IMG/VR virus record: IMGVR_UViG_3300032330_001040
Location: 50,248 to 114,247 of that record
Strand: one strand, 5' to 3'
Origin: a virus
Taxonomy: Duplodnaviria; Caudoviricetes
Length of the DNA stretch: 64,000 bases
Shown: positions 37,192 through 47,648 of the stretch, one piece after another
Layout of the letters: each line of letters begins with the position of its first letter
How positions within the stretch are numbered: the stretch's first letter is position 1
Translations under genes and position numbers: made by a program
Notes under the pieces: model-generated
Told to the model about the DNA's origin: nothing
Seen by the model: only the letters and a program-made list of their open reading frames with translations
The model's database searches: none

Positions 37192-38297
37192 TATTAGAAA
37201 GAGAAGATGCTTTAGTTTGCGCTAAAGCATTTCACGATTATTTTAGTGACTTTGGTAGCATAGAACAATACATGAGAGATGAGAAGTTAAAGTCTGTTAA
37301 TGAAATACCACAGTCTTTATTTCCTCCAGAAGATGATTTATTTTCTGATTTCTCGATGCATCCAAAAGATATGGATATTGAAGTTATTGAAATTCCCAAT
37401 AATACATGGGAAACATTACTTGCCATTACATCTTCTCATGTTAATAAGGCACCAGTTGGAAGAAACATCCAATTGGCAGTCAGAGAAAAAAACACACAAA
37501 AGATTCTAGGATTCATTCGTTTAGGTTCACCAGTTATCTATATGAAACCTCGTAATGAAATGATTGGACAGGTTTGGATTCAAAATCCAGACTGTGCCAA
37601 AAGGTTTAATGCTGCGAGTATCATGGGCTTTGTAATTGTACCAAGTCAACCTTTTGGTTTTAACTATCTTGGTGGTAAACTATTAGCAGCTATCTGCACT
37701 TCACATACTGTGAGAGAAATCTGTAATAAAAAATATGATATGAACCTTTGTTTATTTGAAACTACCAGTTTATATGGTTCTACTAAACAAGTATCACAAT
37801 ATGATGGTATGAAACCTTATATCAAATTCAAAGGATTAACCGATTCTGATATGGTTCCAATGATGCACGGTGAACGATATGAATCATTAAAGAACTTTGT
37901 GGAAAGTAAAGTTGGAGATTTATTAGGTGGAGATGAATCAACTACAAGTAGAAAACTTAGGAGCTTTACCAAGATAATAGCTTTAACTAAAGCAGCACTT
38001 AAAGGTACTGATGAAGGATTGGCATTCAGCTTAACGATTGATAACGCTAAAAAGTTGACAGAGAAAAAAAGATATTATGTGTCAGACTATGGTTTTAGTA
38101 ACATGGTTGACTATATGAATTGTCGTACAGACCAATTGGTAAAAGGCGAGAACTATAATAAACACGAATTGGTAAACATTGTTGAATGGTGGAGAAATAA
38201 AGCTATAAATAGATATGAAACTCTCAAATCAGAGGGTAGACTAAGAACAGAGCTTGAAGTATGGACTTCAGGTAAAGACATTCAAATCATTAGGTAA
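37188..38297 (+). CDS. DUF4338/DruA-like protein (paralog 2)
   Basis: 'QPFGFNYLGGKLLAAIC', 'FETTSLYG', 'SQYDG'. Confidence 0.55.
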   Translation: MILEREDALVCAKAFHDYFSDFGSIEQYMRDEKLKSVNEIPQSLFPPEDDLFSDFSMHPKDMDIEVIEIPNNTWETLLAITSSHVNKAPVGRNIQLAVREKNTQKILGFIRLGSPVIYMKPRNEMIGQVWIQNPDCAKRFNAASIMGFVIVPSQPFGFNYLGGKLLAAICTSHTVREICNKKYDMNLCLFETTSLYGSTKQVSQYDGMKPYIKFKGLTDSDMVPMMHGERYESLKNFVESKVGDLLGGDESTTSRKLRSFTKIIALTKAALKGTDEGLAFSLTIDNAKKLTEKKRYYVSDYGFSNMVDYMNCRTDQLVKGENYNKHELVNIVEWWRNKAINRYETLKSEGRLRTELEVWTSGKDIQIIR

Positions 38298-38300
38298 AAA

Positions 38301-40061
38301 ATGGCTGACGCAACTTCTACTCTAAAACAATGGAATCCAAAAATTCTTTTAGAATTGTTAGGAGAAAAAAAGTATAATTTTACTGCTGAAACAACTAGTG
38401 ATAAAGGTGCAATAAGATTAATTGTTTATACTCCAGACAGACTTAAAGACCAACCAAAATTTGAGCAAGAATTAACCAAATTAGCAAAAGTTAAAAGTAA
38501 TAATTTATCTTGGCAACCATCAAGTTCAAAGAGTGGTTCAAAAACTATTACACCTACTGAAGTTACCATCAAAGATAAAAAATATATTCTTTTATATAAG
38601 CCTTTGTCTAGTGATCCTGGAAATACCAGTTCAGCTGATAAGTTTGGTAAATTAACAATAAAATTAAAACCTTCTGAGATTAGTTCTTTAACATCAATAT
38701 CACTCAAAACTGCTGTACCTGACGTATCAAAAAGAAAGTCTGAATATTTCAAAAAGAATGAAAAAGAAAAGGGCGATGAATTATATCCAATAGAAATAAC
38801 AAATAAATGGTTAACACCAGAACAAATGGTTAAAAGAACCAAATATTATTTACATTCAAAATCAACTCAAGTAACAAAAGATGGAAGTGGAAAAGCAAGA
38901 AAAGGACTCGATTTACCAAAAGATGTAGTAAATGAATTCGATAACTTGTTTGCTAGGGTATTAGACAATACTTCAACTTCTATTAAAGTCAATCTCAGTT
39001 TATCACCAGCATCTGCTGAATTTTTTGAAGTTTTAAGTGCTGTAAAAATGGCTGTTTTGTTGAGAGCTAAAAATAAATATCTTATACAAGATGTTTTGTT
39101 CTTACCAAAAGAAGATATAAGAGGTTCTATACAACCAAAAATCCTTATTCCTAAAGCTGCAAACTTTCCATTACTTGATTACTATGTGAGTATTAAAAAA
39201 TTAACAGGTAATCATGAAATTGATACAAAAAATGCAATAAAGATTAGTGTTAAATCTCACATATCTTCACCTACAGTAGAAACAAATACAATTAAACTAG
39301 ACCAAGTATTTCATTCTGAACAAGAATTGATGCAATGGTATTCTGGAATTAAAGATTCAACAACAAAAGCTAAAGAAAAATATCCAATGCAAGTTGCTGA
39401 ATCTGCTTTAGAATTGAAAAAATCTAGTGGAGCTGGAGCTATGTTTCCAATTGAAACACTTTCGAAATTTTTAGTTGAAGGGATTGCAGAACAAACTAAA
39501 AAAGAGTTAATTACTAGCCTTGAAAAATTTGGACAAAAAAATATAAATGCGTTTGAATCAAAAACATATTCGAAAACACAAATATTAAATGTTATAATTA
39601 AAACAATAAAAACTATAGGTCCAAAACTTAAAAGTTACAAAAAAGAAACTCTTTTGTCTGATGCTGGTATTAAAAACCAAGATTTGGTTATTATGACAGA
39701 ACTTTTTAAAAAAATATTAGCAACCGATAAAATAAAACCAGAACAAGTTGGAATAACTGTACAAAATTTGGCATTTATATGTGAAAGAATATTAGCTACA
39801 GGTTCAAAACCCGTTTCACATTTAAAATTAAATTTTTATAAAATGTTTTATGACCAAGTTTTAGATAAATATGAAATAGCTTATGCTATGCCGACAATTA
39901 ATAAAAAAGGCGGAGATACAGTAAAATTTAAATATCTTGCTGTTAAAAATTGGAATAAAGAATATGAAGAAATTAAAAAACAAGCCGACCAATATTGGTT
40001 ACAATTAAGAGGTAAGAGCGGTACCAACAAAGTTAATGATGCTATAGGAATATCCGTATAA
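38301..40061 (+). CDS. Large basic hypothetical protein, possible PD-(D/E)XK nuclease domain
   Basis: 'EFFEVL...NFPLLDYY...KISVKS'; TATAAATA at 38204-38211. Confidence 0.4.
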   Translation: MADATSTLKQWNPKILLELLGEKKYNFTAETTSDKGAIRLIVYTPDRLKDQPKFEQELTKLAKVKSNNLSWQPSSSKSGSKTITPTEVTIKDKKYILLYKPLSSDPGNTSSADKFGKLTIKLKPSEISSLTSISLKTAVPDVSKRKSEYFKKNEKEKGDELYPIEITNKWLTPEQMVKRTKYYLHSKSTQVTKDGSGKARKGLDLPKDVVNEFDNLFARVLDNTSTSIKVNLSLSPASAEFFEVLSAVKMAVLLRAKNKYLIQDVLFLPKEDIRGSIQPKILIPKAANFPLLDYYVSIKKLTGNHEIDTKNAIKISVKSHISSPTVETNTIKLDQVFHSEQELMQWYSGIKDSTTKAKEKYPMQVAESALELKKSSGAGAMFPIETLSKFLVEGIAEQTKKELITSLEKFGQKNINAFESKTYSKTQILNVIIKTIKTIGPKLKSYKKETLLSDAGIKNQDLVIMTELFKKILATDKIKPEQVGITVQNLAFICERILATGSKPVSHLKLNFYKMFYDQVLDKYEIAYAMPTINKKGGDTVKFKYLAVKNWNKEYEEIKKQADQYWLQLRGKSGTNKVNDAIGISV

Positions 40062-40339
40062 TGCCACTAATAGATTTTGATAAACTAGCTAAACAATATG
40101 AATCTGAAGATGATTTTGGATTCTCTGCGGTATCTGAAGAAGAATATAATTCAGTTATTAATAAAACAGCTGAAACAGCAGACGATTATAAAACAAGATT
40201 ACAAGAAGTAGAAAAGATTATTATTCCTTTCCTTACAAAATTACATACGACTGGGGATAAAGAATATATATATTGGCCTAATAGAAAACCTATTATAGAA
40301 AAACAAATTGAAAGAATATTGAAACTGACGAAAGCTTAA
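40061..40339 (+). CDS. Hypothetical protein
   Basis: Coupled ORF; 'DDFGFSAV', 'EYIYWPNR'. Confidence 0.65.
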   Translation: MPLIDFDKLAKQYESEDDFGFSAVSEEEYNSVINKTAETADDYKTRLQEVEKIIIPFLTKLHTTGDKEYIYWPNRKPIIEKQIERILKLTKA

Positions 40340-40340
40340 T

Positions 40341-41069
40341 ATGAGTGCTACTGTGATTATACCCACAACGGGTTCTGCTGAATTTCATCATGCTTTGAAA
40401 TCTGTATTAGACCAAACATATGATACGAAATGTTATGTTGTCTGTGACGGTCCTGATTTTACATATGCTGTAAGAAATCATGTACAGTCTTTTAAAGACC
40501 ATCCAAAATTTAAAAATATAAATGTTTGTAATTTACCAATCAATGTTGGTGCAAAAGGATTCTATGGACATAGAGTCTATGCTTCTTTTACACATTTAGT
40601 AGACACAGATTATGTAATGTACTTAGACCAAGATAATTGGTTATATCAAAGCCATGTTGCCAAATGTATTGAAACAATTGAAACACGAAATCTTGATTGG
40701 TGTTATTCTTTAAGAAAAATTCATAAAAAGAATGGTGACTTTGCTTGTTTTGATGATTGTGAATCCTTAGGTAAATGGCAAACTTATCACGGCATTTATC
40801 ATATAGATACAAACTCATATTGCCTTAAGACAGATATTGCTGTAAAATTGGCTAGTGCATGGCATGGAGGTTGGGGCCAAGATAGAGTATTTTTACAAGC
40901 AGTAACTCAACATTTTCCTAAATGGGATTGTACAAATGAATACACGGTAAGTTATCGTGTTGATGGAGGTAAAGGTTCTGTAAGTGAAGAATTTTTTATC
41001 AATGGTAATGAAATAATGAATGAACGATATAATGGAATATTCCCATGGCGAACAAAGACTCTGACCTAG
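40341..41069 (+). CDS. Glycosyltransferase family 2
   Basis: 'TVIIPT', 'SVLDQTY', 'VVCDG', DxD 'LDQD'. Confidence 0.85.
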   Translation: MSATVIIPTTGSAEFHHALKSVLDQTYDTKCYVVCDGPDFTYAVRNHVQSFKDHPKFKNINVCNLPINVGAKGFYGHRVYASFTHLVDTDYVMYLDQDNWLYQSHVAKCIETIETRNLDWCYSLRKIHKKNGDFACFDDCESLGKWQTYHGIYHIDTNSYCLKTDIAVKLASAWHGGWGQDRVFLQAVTQHFPKWDCTNEYTVSYRVDGGKGSVSEEFFINGNEIMNERYNGIFPWRTKTLT

Positions 41070-41938
41070 TAATAGGTTTTATTACAGGATACAAATACGA
41101 CCATAAAGTTGCTCCTTGGGCTGAATCATTGATTGAGTCTGGTTTTACTGGAACAAAAATGATGGTCACATATAACATTGATAAAAGTGTTATAGAAAAA
41201 TTACAAAGTTTAGGCTTTGTCGTTTTACCTTTTGAAAATAATGGTAAATTTAATATTGTCAATATAAGATTTTTACATATGTGGCAATATCTCAAACATA
41301 TCAAGATTAAACCTCGTTATATTATTTCTACTGACGTTGCAGATGTTGTATTTCAATCTAATCCATCAGATTGGTTGGAACAAAATATTGGCGATAAAAA
41401 ACTTTGTGCTTCAGCTGAAAGTTTAAAATATAAAGATGAAACATGGGGTATTCATAATATGTACCAATCTTTTGGTGATACAGCCGCACAATACATGGCG
41501 AATACACCAATTTATAATGCTGGGGTAACAGCAGGTACCTATGAAGAATATATAGATTTATGTTATAATGTTTATTTACTTTGTAATGGCGCCCCTCAAT
41601 TCGTTGAAGGTGGTGGTGGACCTGACCAAGCAGCTTTGAATCTACTCCTCTCACTCAAACCATATAAAGATATTACATTGTATGCTAACCATGATGATGG
41701 TTGGGCTTGTCAATGTGGTACAACAGTAGACCCAAATAAAATTGATAAGTTCAGACCAAATCTATTGAGTCCAGAACCAGTTTGGAAAGACGGAGTGATG
41801 TATAATAGTAAAGGTGATAAGTATGCTATACTACATCAATACAATAGAGTACCAATGATTAATGATTATATAAGGAAGAAATATGAGCGAAGTTTTGACA
41901 TTCAACACAACGACAGGTTTGTATACACCACCAATTAG
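41045..41938 (+). CDS. Nucleotide-diphospho-sugar transferase-like protein
   Basis: 'STDVADVVFQSNP', 'YNAGV', 'DQAALN', 'LHQYNR'. Confidence 0.7.
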   Translation: MANKDSDLVIGFITGYKYDHKVAPWAESLIESGFTGTKMMVTYNIDKSVIEKLQSLGFVVLPFENNGKFNIVNIRFLHMWQYLKHIKIKPRYIISTDVADVVFQSNPSDWLEQNIGDKKLCASAESLKYKDETWGIHNMYQSFGDTAAQYMANTPIYNAGVTAGTYEEYIDLCYNVYLLCNGAPQFVEGGGGPDQAALNLLLSLKPYKDITLYANHDDGWACQCGTTVDPNKIDKFRPNLLSPEPVWKDGVMYNSKGDKYAILHQYNRVPMINDYIRKKYERSFDIQHNDRFVYTTN

Positions 41939-42539
41939 TGTTCAAACTAGCCAAGATCCTTGGCATAATTTGCCAGCCAAACAATGGGTACAAAAACAAA
42001 TAGATTGGGCTAATCAATCCGAACCATCTGGTTTAGGACTTGTCGAACCTATTTCACAATTAAAAGGCGAACTAATTGGTGTTGAAATAGGTGTTTGTTT
42101 AGGTTCAACAACTGAGGCTTTTTTAAAAAAAATACGTAATATTAAAAAGCTTTATGGTGTAGACAATTACCCTACTTTTATTGATTGGAATGGTGCTGAT
42201 TATAGTGAAGAACGACAACAACTAATGAAAGAATATGCATCACATAAATTGTCGCAGTTTGGTGATAGAGTTGAATTGCGTTATGAATCTAGTACTGAGT
42301 TTGCAAAAACACTCAAAAAAGAATCTTTAGATTTTGTTTTCATTGATGGCGACCATTCTGAGGAAGCTTCATATGCAGATTTTTGGAATTTTTATCCATT
42401 AGTTAAAACTGGTGGTATTTTTGCTGGGCATGATATTGTCTTACCAGATGTTGAAAAATCACTTAAAAACTTTTTAGCTGATAAATTTGATAAAGTAATC
42501 AGAGTTAGTAATAATGCTTGGTACTTGATTAAGGAATAA
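41883..42539 (+). CDS. Class I SAM methyltransferase (Methyltransf_24-like)
   Basis: 'VEIGVCLG', 'DFVFIDGDH', 'GGIFAGHD'. Confidence 0.85.
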   Translation: MSEVLTFNTTTGLYTPPISVQTSQDPWHNLPAKQWVQKQIDWANQSEPSGLGLVEPISQLKGELIGVEIGVCLGSTTEAFLKKIRNIKKLYGVDNYPTFIDWNGADYSEERQQLMKEYASHKLSQFGDRVELRYESSTEFAKTLKKESLDFVFIDGDHSEEASYADFWNFYPLVKTGGIFAGHDIVLPDVEKSLKNFLADKFDKVIRVSNNAWYLIKE

Positions 42540-42540
42540 T

Positions 42541-43104
42541 ATGCCACAATTAACGATAGAACATTTACAACGATATTCAAAGACATATGCCTTTATTGAA
42601 AGTGGAACATATGAAGGTGATACTGTAAAAGCAGCATTAGAATATAATTTTGAACATATTCATAGTATTGAAATTGAACCAAACTTATTTAAAGCAGCTG
42701 TTGAAAAATTTAAAGATGAACCTACTGTAAAAATATGGCAAGGAGATTCACCTGATGTCATTAGAGAAAATATTATAATGACATTAGAAAAACCTTCAAC
42801 ATTTTGGTTAGACGCACATAGAAGTTGGGCTTTGCAAACACCAGGTAGTGATAAGTATGGAGCCTGTCCTTTGTTACATGAACTTGATGCTATTGCTGAA
42901 TCACCAATTAAGAATCATGTAATTATTGCTGATGATGTTAGATTGTTTGATACAATCGGATGGGACTTTTTAAAGAAAGAACATTATATTGAAAAACTAA
43001 TGAAAATTAATCCAAATTATGTGATTGAATATTTGGATGGTGGTTTTAGTTTTGGTAGACAATTTCCTCCTAATGATATTATGGTGGCCTATGTACCAGA
43101 TTGA
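42541..43104 (+). CDS. Methyltransferase-like protein
   Basis: 'FIESGTYEG', 'SIEI', 'QGDS', 'FWLDAH'. Confidence 0.7.
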   Translation: MPQLTIEHLQRYSKTYAFIESGTYEGDTVKAALEYNFEHIHSIEIEPNLFKAAVEKFKDEPTVKIWQGDSPDVIRENIIMTLEKPSTFWLDAHRSWALQTPGSDKYGACPLLHELDAIAESPIKNHVIIADDVRLFDTIGWDFLKKEHYIEKLMKINPNYVIEYLDGGFSFGRQFPPNDIMVAYVPD

Positions 43105-43105
43105 A

Positions 43106-44131
43106 ATGAAAAAACATAAAAAAATTATTATTTGGGGTGCCAAACCTTATACAGGACACACACATCAATTTGTTCATGGAGCATTTTATAATGCCGCCAA
43201 ATTTTTAGGATTGAAAGTATTTTGGTTGGACAACAACGATAATATGCCTGATGATTTTTTTGATAATGCTATTATTATTACAGAACAATGGTTGGTATTT
43301 CCTAATGGTTTGAGTATCAATAGTAATAAGTTGCCATTAAGAAAATCATCTACTTATTTTGTACACTATGTTGGTAACAAAGGTGTTGTTGATGGTAATC
43401 CTAGTGTTGATATGTATCTTGGTAAAGTAGGTAGATTGGTTGATTATAGATTATCTTGTAGTTGGGGAATCAATGGCGTAGAAGATAAGAACTATGCATA
43501 TGAATTTAAAAAAGAAGAATGTGAAGAACTTGGTGGAGGTTCAGGTTATTATCAAAAAGGTGATAACTATGATTTCTTCTATTCATTTTGGGGAACAGAT
43601 TTATTACCAACTGAAATAAATTTTGAAGATAGATTTACTCCATTCAAAGAACCAAAATATGCTTTCTTTGGTGGAACAATCACAAGTGGTTGGGGCAATC
43701 CAGAAGATGGTAATATTAATTATATTACTCCATTTGCCGAAGAATGTCAAAAAAACGGTGTTCTTTTTATTTGGAATGATTCACAGAGAAACCCACTTAC
43801 ACCACTAGAATTAAAACGAGCCTCAATCGAATCTTTTTTACCTATTGATGTTCGACCTAAGAATCATTTAGTAAACAAGTATGTACCTTGTAGAACAATT
43901 AAGAATTGTAGTTATGGTCAATTAGTTATAACAAATTCAAAAGCAGTACACGATTTCTTTGGTGGTGATGTTGCTTACTCAGATAATACTGCTGAGTTAT
44001 TTCATATTGCTAAAGAAATGCAAAGTGATCCTAAAACTAAAGATAAGATTTGGTGTCAAATGCACATGGTTAAAGACAAGCATACATATGTAAGTAGAAT
44101 TATTGATATTGTTAATGTTGCGGAGAGATAA
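43106..44131 (+). CDS. Glycosyltransferase-like protein
   Basis: 'IIIWG..HTH', 'YVPCR..KN.SYG', 'HTYVSRI'; start reassigned to ATG 43106. Confidence 0.6.
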   Translation: MKKHKKIIIWGAKPYTGHTHQFVHGAFYNAAKFLGLKVFWLDNNDNMPDDFFDNAIIITEQWLVFPNGLSINSNKLPLRKSSTYFVHYVGNKGVVDGNPSVDMYLGKVGRLVDYRLSCSWGINGVEDKNYAYEFKKEECEELGGGSGYYQKGDNYDFFYSFWGTDLLPTEINFEDRFTPFKEPKYAFFGGTITSGWGNPEDGNINYITPFAEECQKNGVLFIWNDSQRNPLTPLELKRASIESFLPIDVRPKNHLVNKYVPCRTIKNCSYGQLVITNSKAVHDFFGGDVAYSDNTAELFHIAKEMQSDPKTKDKIWCQMHMVKDKHTYVSRIIDIVNVAER

Positions 44132-44132
44132 G

Positions 44133-45017
44133 ATGAAAATTTTAATTACAGGTCATATGGGTTTTGTTGGTAAATATTTTATGAGAAAATATGCCGACCA
44201 TGATATTACAGGTATTGATATTAAAGAAGGTAATGATTGTAGAGACTTCTTTAAAACAAATACAGATAAGTTTGATTTAATTATTCACTTGGCTGCTATC
44301 GTTGGTGGTCGTCAAACGATTGAGGGTAATCCACTTTCAGTTGCAACAGACTTAGCGATTGATTCAGATATGATTCAATGGGCTCTTAGAACAAAACCAG
44401 GTCGTGTTGTTTACTTCTCATCATCTGCTGCTTATCCAATTTCATATCAAACAGGATTAAATGGGTTTAATCCAAATCCTAAAAATAATCTTAATGAATC
44501 AAACATTAATTTGAATGACTTAAAAATGCCAGACTTAACTTATGGTTGGGCTAAACTAACAGGCGAATATTGTTTACAATTTTTAGAAACAGAAGGCATT
44601 AAAGTAAACGTATTCAGACCATTTAGTGGTTATGGTACAGACCAAGATTTAGATTATCCTTTCCCGTCATATATTCATCGTGCTAAATCTAGAAAAGACC
44701 CATTTGATATTTGGGGTGACGGCACGCAAGTTCGTGATTTTATTCATATGCAAGATATTGTTGATGCCGTTGATGAAGCAATTAAACAAGATATCAAAGG
44801 TCCAGTAAATCTTTGTTCTGGTGTGGCAACAACTTTTAATGAATTACAAGAAATTGTTTGTGGTATTGCCGGTTATAGTCCTGAAGTAAATCATATTGTA
44901 GATGCACCTAAGGGCGTTTTATATCGTGTTGGTGATCCTACAAAAATGTTATCATTCTATAAACCAAAAATCAATATCTATGATGGTATTGCTAGAGCAT
45001 TGAGGGGTGAAATTTGA
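44133..45017 (+). CDS. NAD-dependent epimerase/dehydratase
   Basis: 'ILITGHMGFVG', 'HLAA', YxxxK 'YGWAK', 'GDGTQVRDFIH'. Confidence 0.92.
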   Translation: MKILITGHMGFVGKYFMRKYADHDITGIDIKEGNDCRDFFKTNTDKFDLIIHLAAIVGGRQTIEGNPLSVATDLAIDSDMIQWALRTKPGRVVYFSSSAAYPISYQTGLNGFNPNPKNNLNESNINLNDLKMPDLTYGWAKLTGEYCLQFLETEGIKVNVFRPFSGYGTDQDLDYPFPSYIHRAKSRKDPFDIWGDGTQVRDFIHMQDIVDAVDEAIKQDIKGPVNLCSGVATTFNELQEIVCGIAGYSPEVNHIVDAPKGVLYRVGDPTKMLSFYKPKINIYDGIARALRGEI

Positions 45018-45343
45018 GAACCGATAGAGAATGGGGCTACTATACAGTATTATTTGATGTACCCGGAAATAAAGTTAAAGAATTAGTTGTTAAACCAGGT
45101 AAATCTTTAAGTATGCAAAAACATGAAAAACGAAATGAATATTGGCATGTCGTTGAAGGAACAGGGAATGTTTTGATTGAAACTCGTTCTTCTAGTAATA
45201 ATGTATTTTTAACTAAACAACATCATGTCAGCATTCCAAAACATTCGTGGCACAAACTAACAAATACGGGCGATATTGATTTGAGAATTATTGAAATACA
45301 ATATGGCGAAGAATGCATTGAAGAAGATATAGAAAGAAAATAA
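45014..45343 (+). CDS. Cupin, mannose-6-phosphate isomerase type II C-terminal-like
   Basis: 'REWG', 'SLSMQKH..R.EYW', 'IIEIQYG...EEDIER'. Confidence 0.85.
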   Translation: MRTDREWGYYTVLFDVPGNKVKELVVKPGKSLSMQKHEKRNEYWHVVEGTGNVLIETRSSSNNVFLTKQHHVSIPKHSWHKLTNTGDIDLRIIEIQYGEECIEEDIERK

Positions 45344-45344
45344 T

Positions 45345-46325
45345 ATGAAAAAAATATGTTTTATTGTACACCGTTATGCTCCATTTCCTGGTGGTTCTGA
45401 ATATTATGTCCAACAAATGGCCGAAGAATGTCTTGCTAGAGGACATGATGTTACTGTAATTACAGCAGAACATAAAGGAGATTTAAATGGTGTTAAAGTA
45501 ACCAATAAAGGTCATATGGTTTTTGAGCCATACGATTTAATGGTAGTTCATGGTGGTGACGTTTCTGTTCAAAATCAAATTTTATTAAACGCTAATAATA
45601 TTAAAACACCAATTCTTTATATGTTAATTAAACCATCAGAAAGTCCTGTTTGTTTACAGGCAATTAAAGATGTTTCATATATTGGTTGTTCAACACAAGA
45701 AGATTGGGAACACGTTAAAAAATGGGGTGTTGATTCTAAATCACACAAAGTTACTCATGGAATTAATCCTATAGAATGTACAGGTACCAAAGGTATTTTT
45801 AAAGAAAAATATAATATACCAAAAAATAAAAGAATGTTTTTGTCTTGTGGTGGATATTGGCCTAACAAAAAGATGATTGAATTGGCTGATGCCTTTCGTG
45901 CAGCCAATTTAGAAGATTCTGTTTTGGTTACAACAGGTTACGACAATCGTTTCAATATTATGCCTCATGCTTCTGAGAATGTTATTCCATTAATGGTTGA
46001 AGATCCTAAAGATATTAAAAACGCTATTGCTGATGCCGACTGTTATATTATGAATTCCGATGCTGAAGGTTTTGGTTTGGTATTATTAGAGTCTATGTTG
46101 AATAAAACTCCATGGATTTCTCGTAATATTGCTGGTGCTAAATTATTAAATCGTTTTGGACCAAAACGGCGTTTTGGTACAGTTTATGACACCGAAAAAG
46201 AATTAGTAGAAATACTTAAAAATTGGCAGAAACCTGATGTTACCGCCGCATATGATTATGTTACCGCCCATCATTTAATTAAAAATACAGTAGATGACAT
46301 TGAAAATGTGTTAAAAACCGAATAA
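45345..46325 (+). CDS. Glycosyltransferase family 4
   Basis: 'GGSE', 'RGHDVTV', 'EGFGLVLLESM'. Confidence 0.88.
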   Translation: MKKICFIVHRYAPFPGGSEYYVQQMAEECLARGHDVTVITAEHKGDLNGVKVTNKGHMVFEPYDLMVVHGGDVSVQNQILLNANNIKTPILYMLIKPSESPVCLQAIKDVSYIGCSTQEDWEHVKKWGVDSKSHKVTHGINPIECTGTKGIFKEKYNIPKNKRMFLSCGGYWPNKKMIELADAFRAANLEDSVLVTTGYDNRFNIMPHASENVIPLMVEDPKDIKNAIADADCYIMNSDAEGFGLVLLESMLNKTPWISRNIAGAKLLNRFGPKRRFGTVYDTEKELVEILKNWQKPDVTAAYDYVTAHHLIKNTVDDIENVLKTE

Positions 46326-46386
46326 TTTTGACACTATGTATCGGAGCCAATATTTTGACATTTTGGCTTAACAAATGTAAATGTTG

Positions 46387-46394
46387 TATAAATA
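46387..46394 (+). promoter_or_regulatory. gp55 late promoter
   Basis: Perfect TATAAATA 46 nt before ATG 46440. Confidence 0.75.
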
Positions 46395-46439
46395 AGTAAA
46401 CTAGCAACCAAAGTGTGTTGCAAATCTGAAGGGAAAACA

Positions 46440-47645
46440 ATGTTATCATTTAAGTCATTTTTAATCGAAGAAACTGAAGAAAAAAGTCAGTTAAAACATA
46501 TTCACCATGCGGAAGATAGACCTTTATTCCATGGACATGAAGGATTTGAACACGCTTACGGAGCTTTACAAAAAGCCCATGCTCATATAAAAGCAGGACA
46601 TCAAAGTTCAAATTTAACCATGAAATATGATGGTTCACCATCGATTGTATTTGGTCATCATCCTAAAACCGGCAAATTCTTTGTTGCGACTAAAGCTGCT
46701 TTCAATAAAAATCCTAAGATTAATCATACAGAAGCAGATATCGAGAAGAATCACGGTCATGCACCTGGTTTAGTAAAAACTCTAAAACATGCGTTAAAAC
46801 ATTTACCAAAAGTAACACCAAAAACTGGTATTTACCAAGGTGATATGATGCATCATGCAGAAACAAAAACTATAAATGAAAGTTATGTTGCTGAAGCAGT
46901 ATCGTTTACTCCAAACACAATCACTTATACACCTAAAGATAAAAAAGAAGAAGAAAAAGTTAAAAAATCGAAAGTTGGTGTAGTTGTACATCAACAGTAT
47001 CATGGTTCTGATATACATAATATGTCAGTTTCTCCTCATCCAGATTTAAGTAAATTCAAAGAACATCCAGATGTCCACTTGCATGGTGCTGAGCATGACA
47101 CAAGTAAAGTAAAGCATTCAGAAGAAAACGAAAAAACATTTCAAAAACATATGGCCGCCGCAAAAGATATACATGATACACATGGACATAAAATGTATGA
47201 TGCAATTCATGCAAACCATAAAGGTGAACATGGTCATCTAGCAACATATATTAATCACACAGTAAAAACAGACGAAGTTCCTAGTGTTAAAGGATTTAAA
47301 GAACACATACATTCACAACATGAAAAAATGGCTGCCAAGGTAACGACTGATAAATCTAAAGCAGCAAAACGTAAACAAGGTGCAGATGAAATTGCTCATG
47401 TTGAGAAAAATAAAACACATTATCAAAATTTATTGACAATGCATCACCATTTACATCAGGCTAAAAATGCTTTAGTTAGTTCATTAGAAACTCATGAAGG
47501 TCGGTACCATCACCATATCAATGGCAAACCATCAAAACCTGAAGGCTTTGTTGTTAATCATACACACAAAGGTAAAGAAGAACCTACTAAATTAGTAAAT
47601 CGTGCTGAGTTTGCTAAACAAAATCTATTGAAAGTAAGAAAATAA
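46440..47645 (+). CDS. His-rich protein with ligase-type nucleotidyltransferase motifs (DUF6267-like) and capsid-targeting-like N-terminus
   Basis: 'MLSFKSFLIEE'; 'MKYDG', 'YQGD', 'PEGFVV', 'KLV'. Confidence 0.55.
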   Translation: MLSFKSFLIEETEEKSQLKHIHHAEDRPLFHGHEGFEHAYGALQKAHAHIKAGHQSSNLTMKYDGSPSIVFGHHPKTGKFFVATKAAFNKNPKINHTEADIEKNHGHAPGLVKTLKHALKHLPKVTPKTGIYQGDMMHHAETKTINESYVAEAVSFTPNTITYTPKDKKEEEKVKKSKVGVVVHQQYHGSDIHNMSVSPHPDLSKFKEHPDVHLHGAEHDTSKVKHSEENEKTFQKHMAAAKDIHDTHGHKMYDAIHANHKGEHGHLATYINHTVKTDEVPSVKGFKEHIHSQHEKMAAKVTTDKSKAAKRKQGADEIAHVEKNKTHYQNLLTMHHHLHQAKNALVSSLETHEGRYHHHINGKPSKPEGFVVNHTHKGKEEPTKLVNRAEFAKQNLLKVRK

Positions 47646-47648
47646 AAC

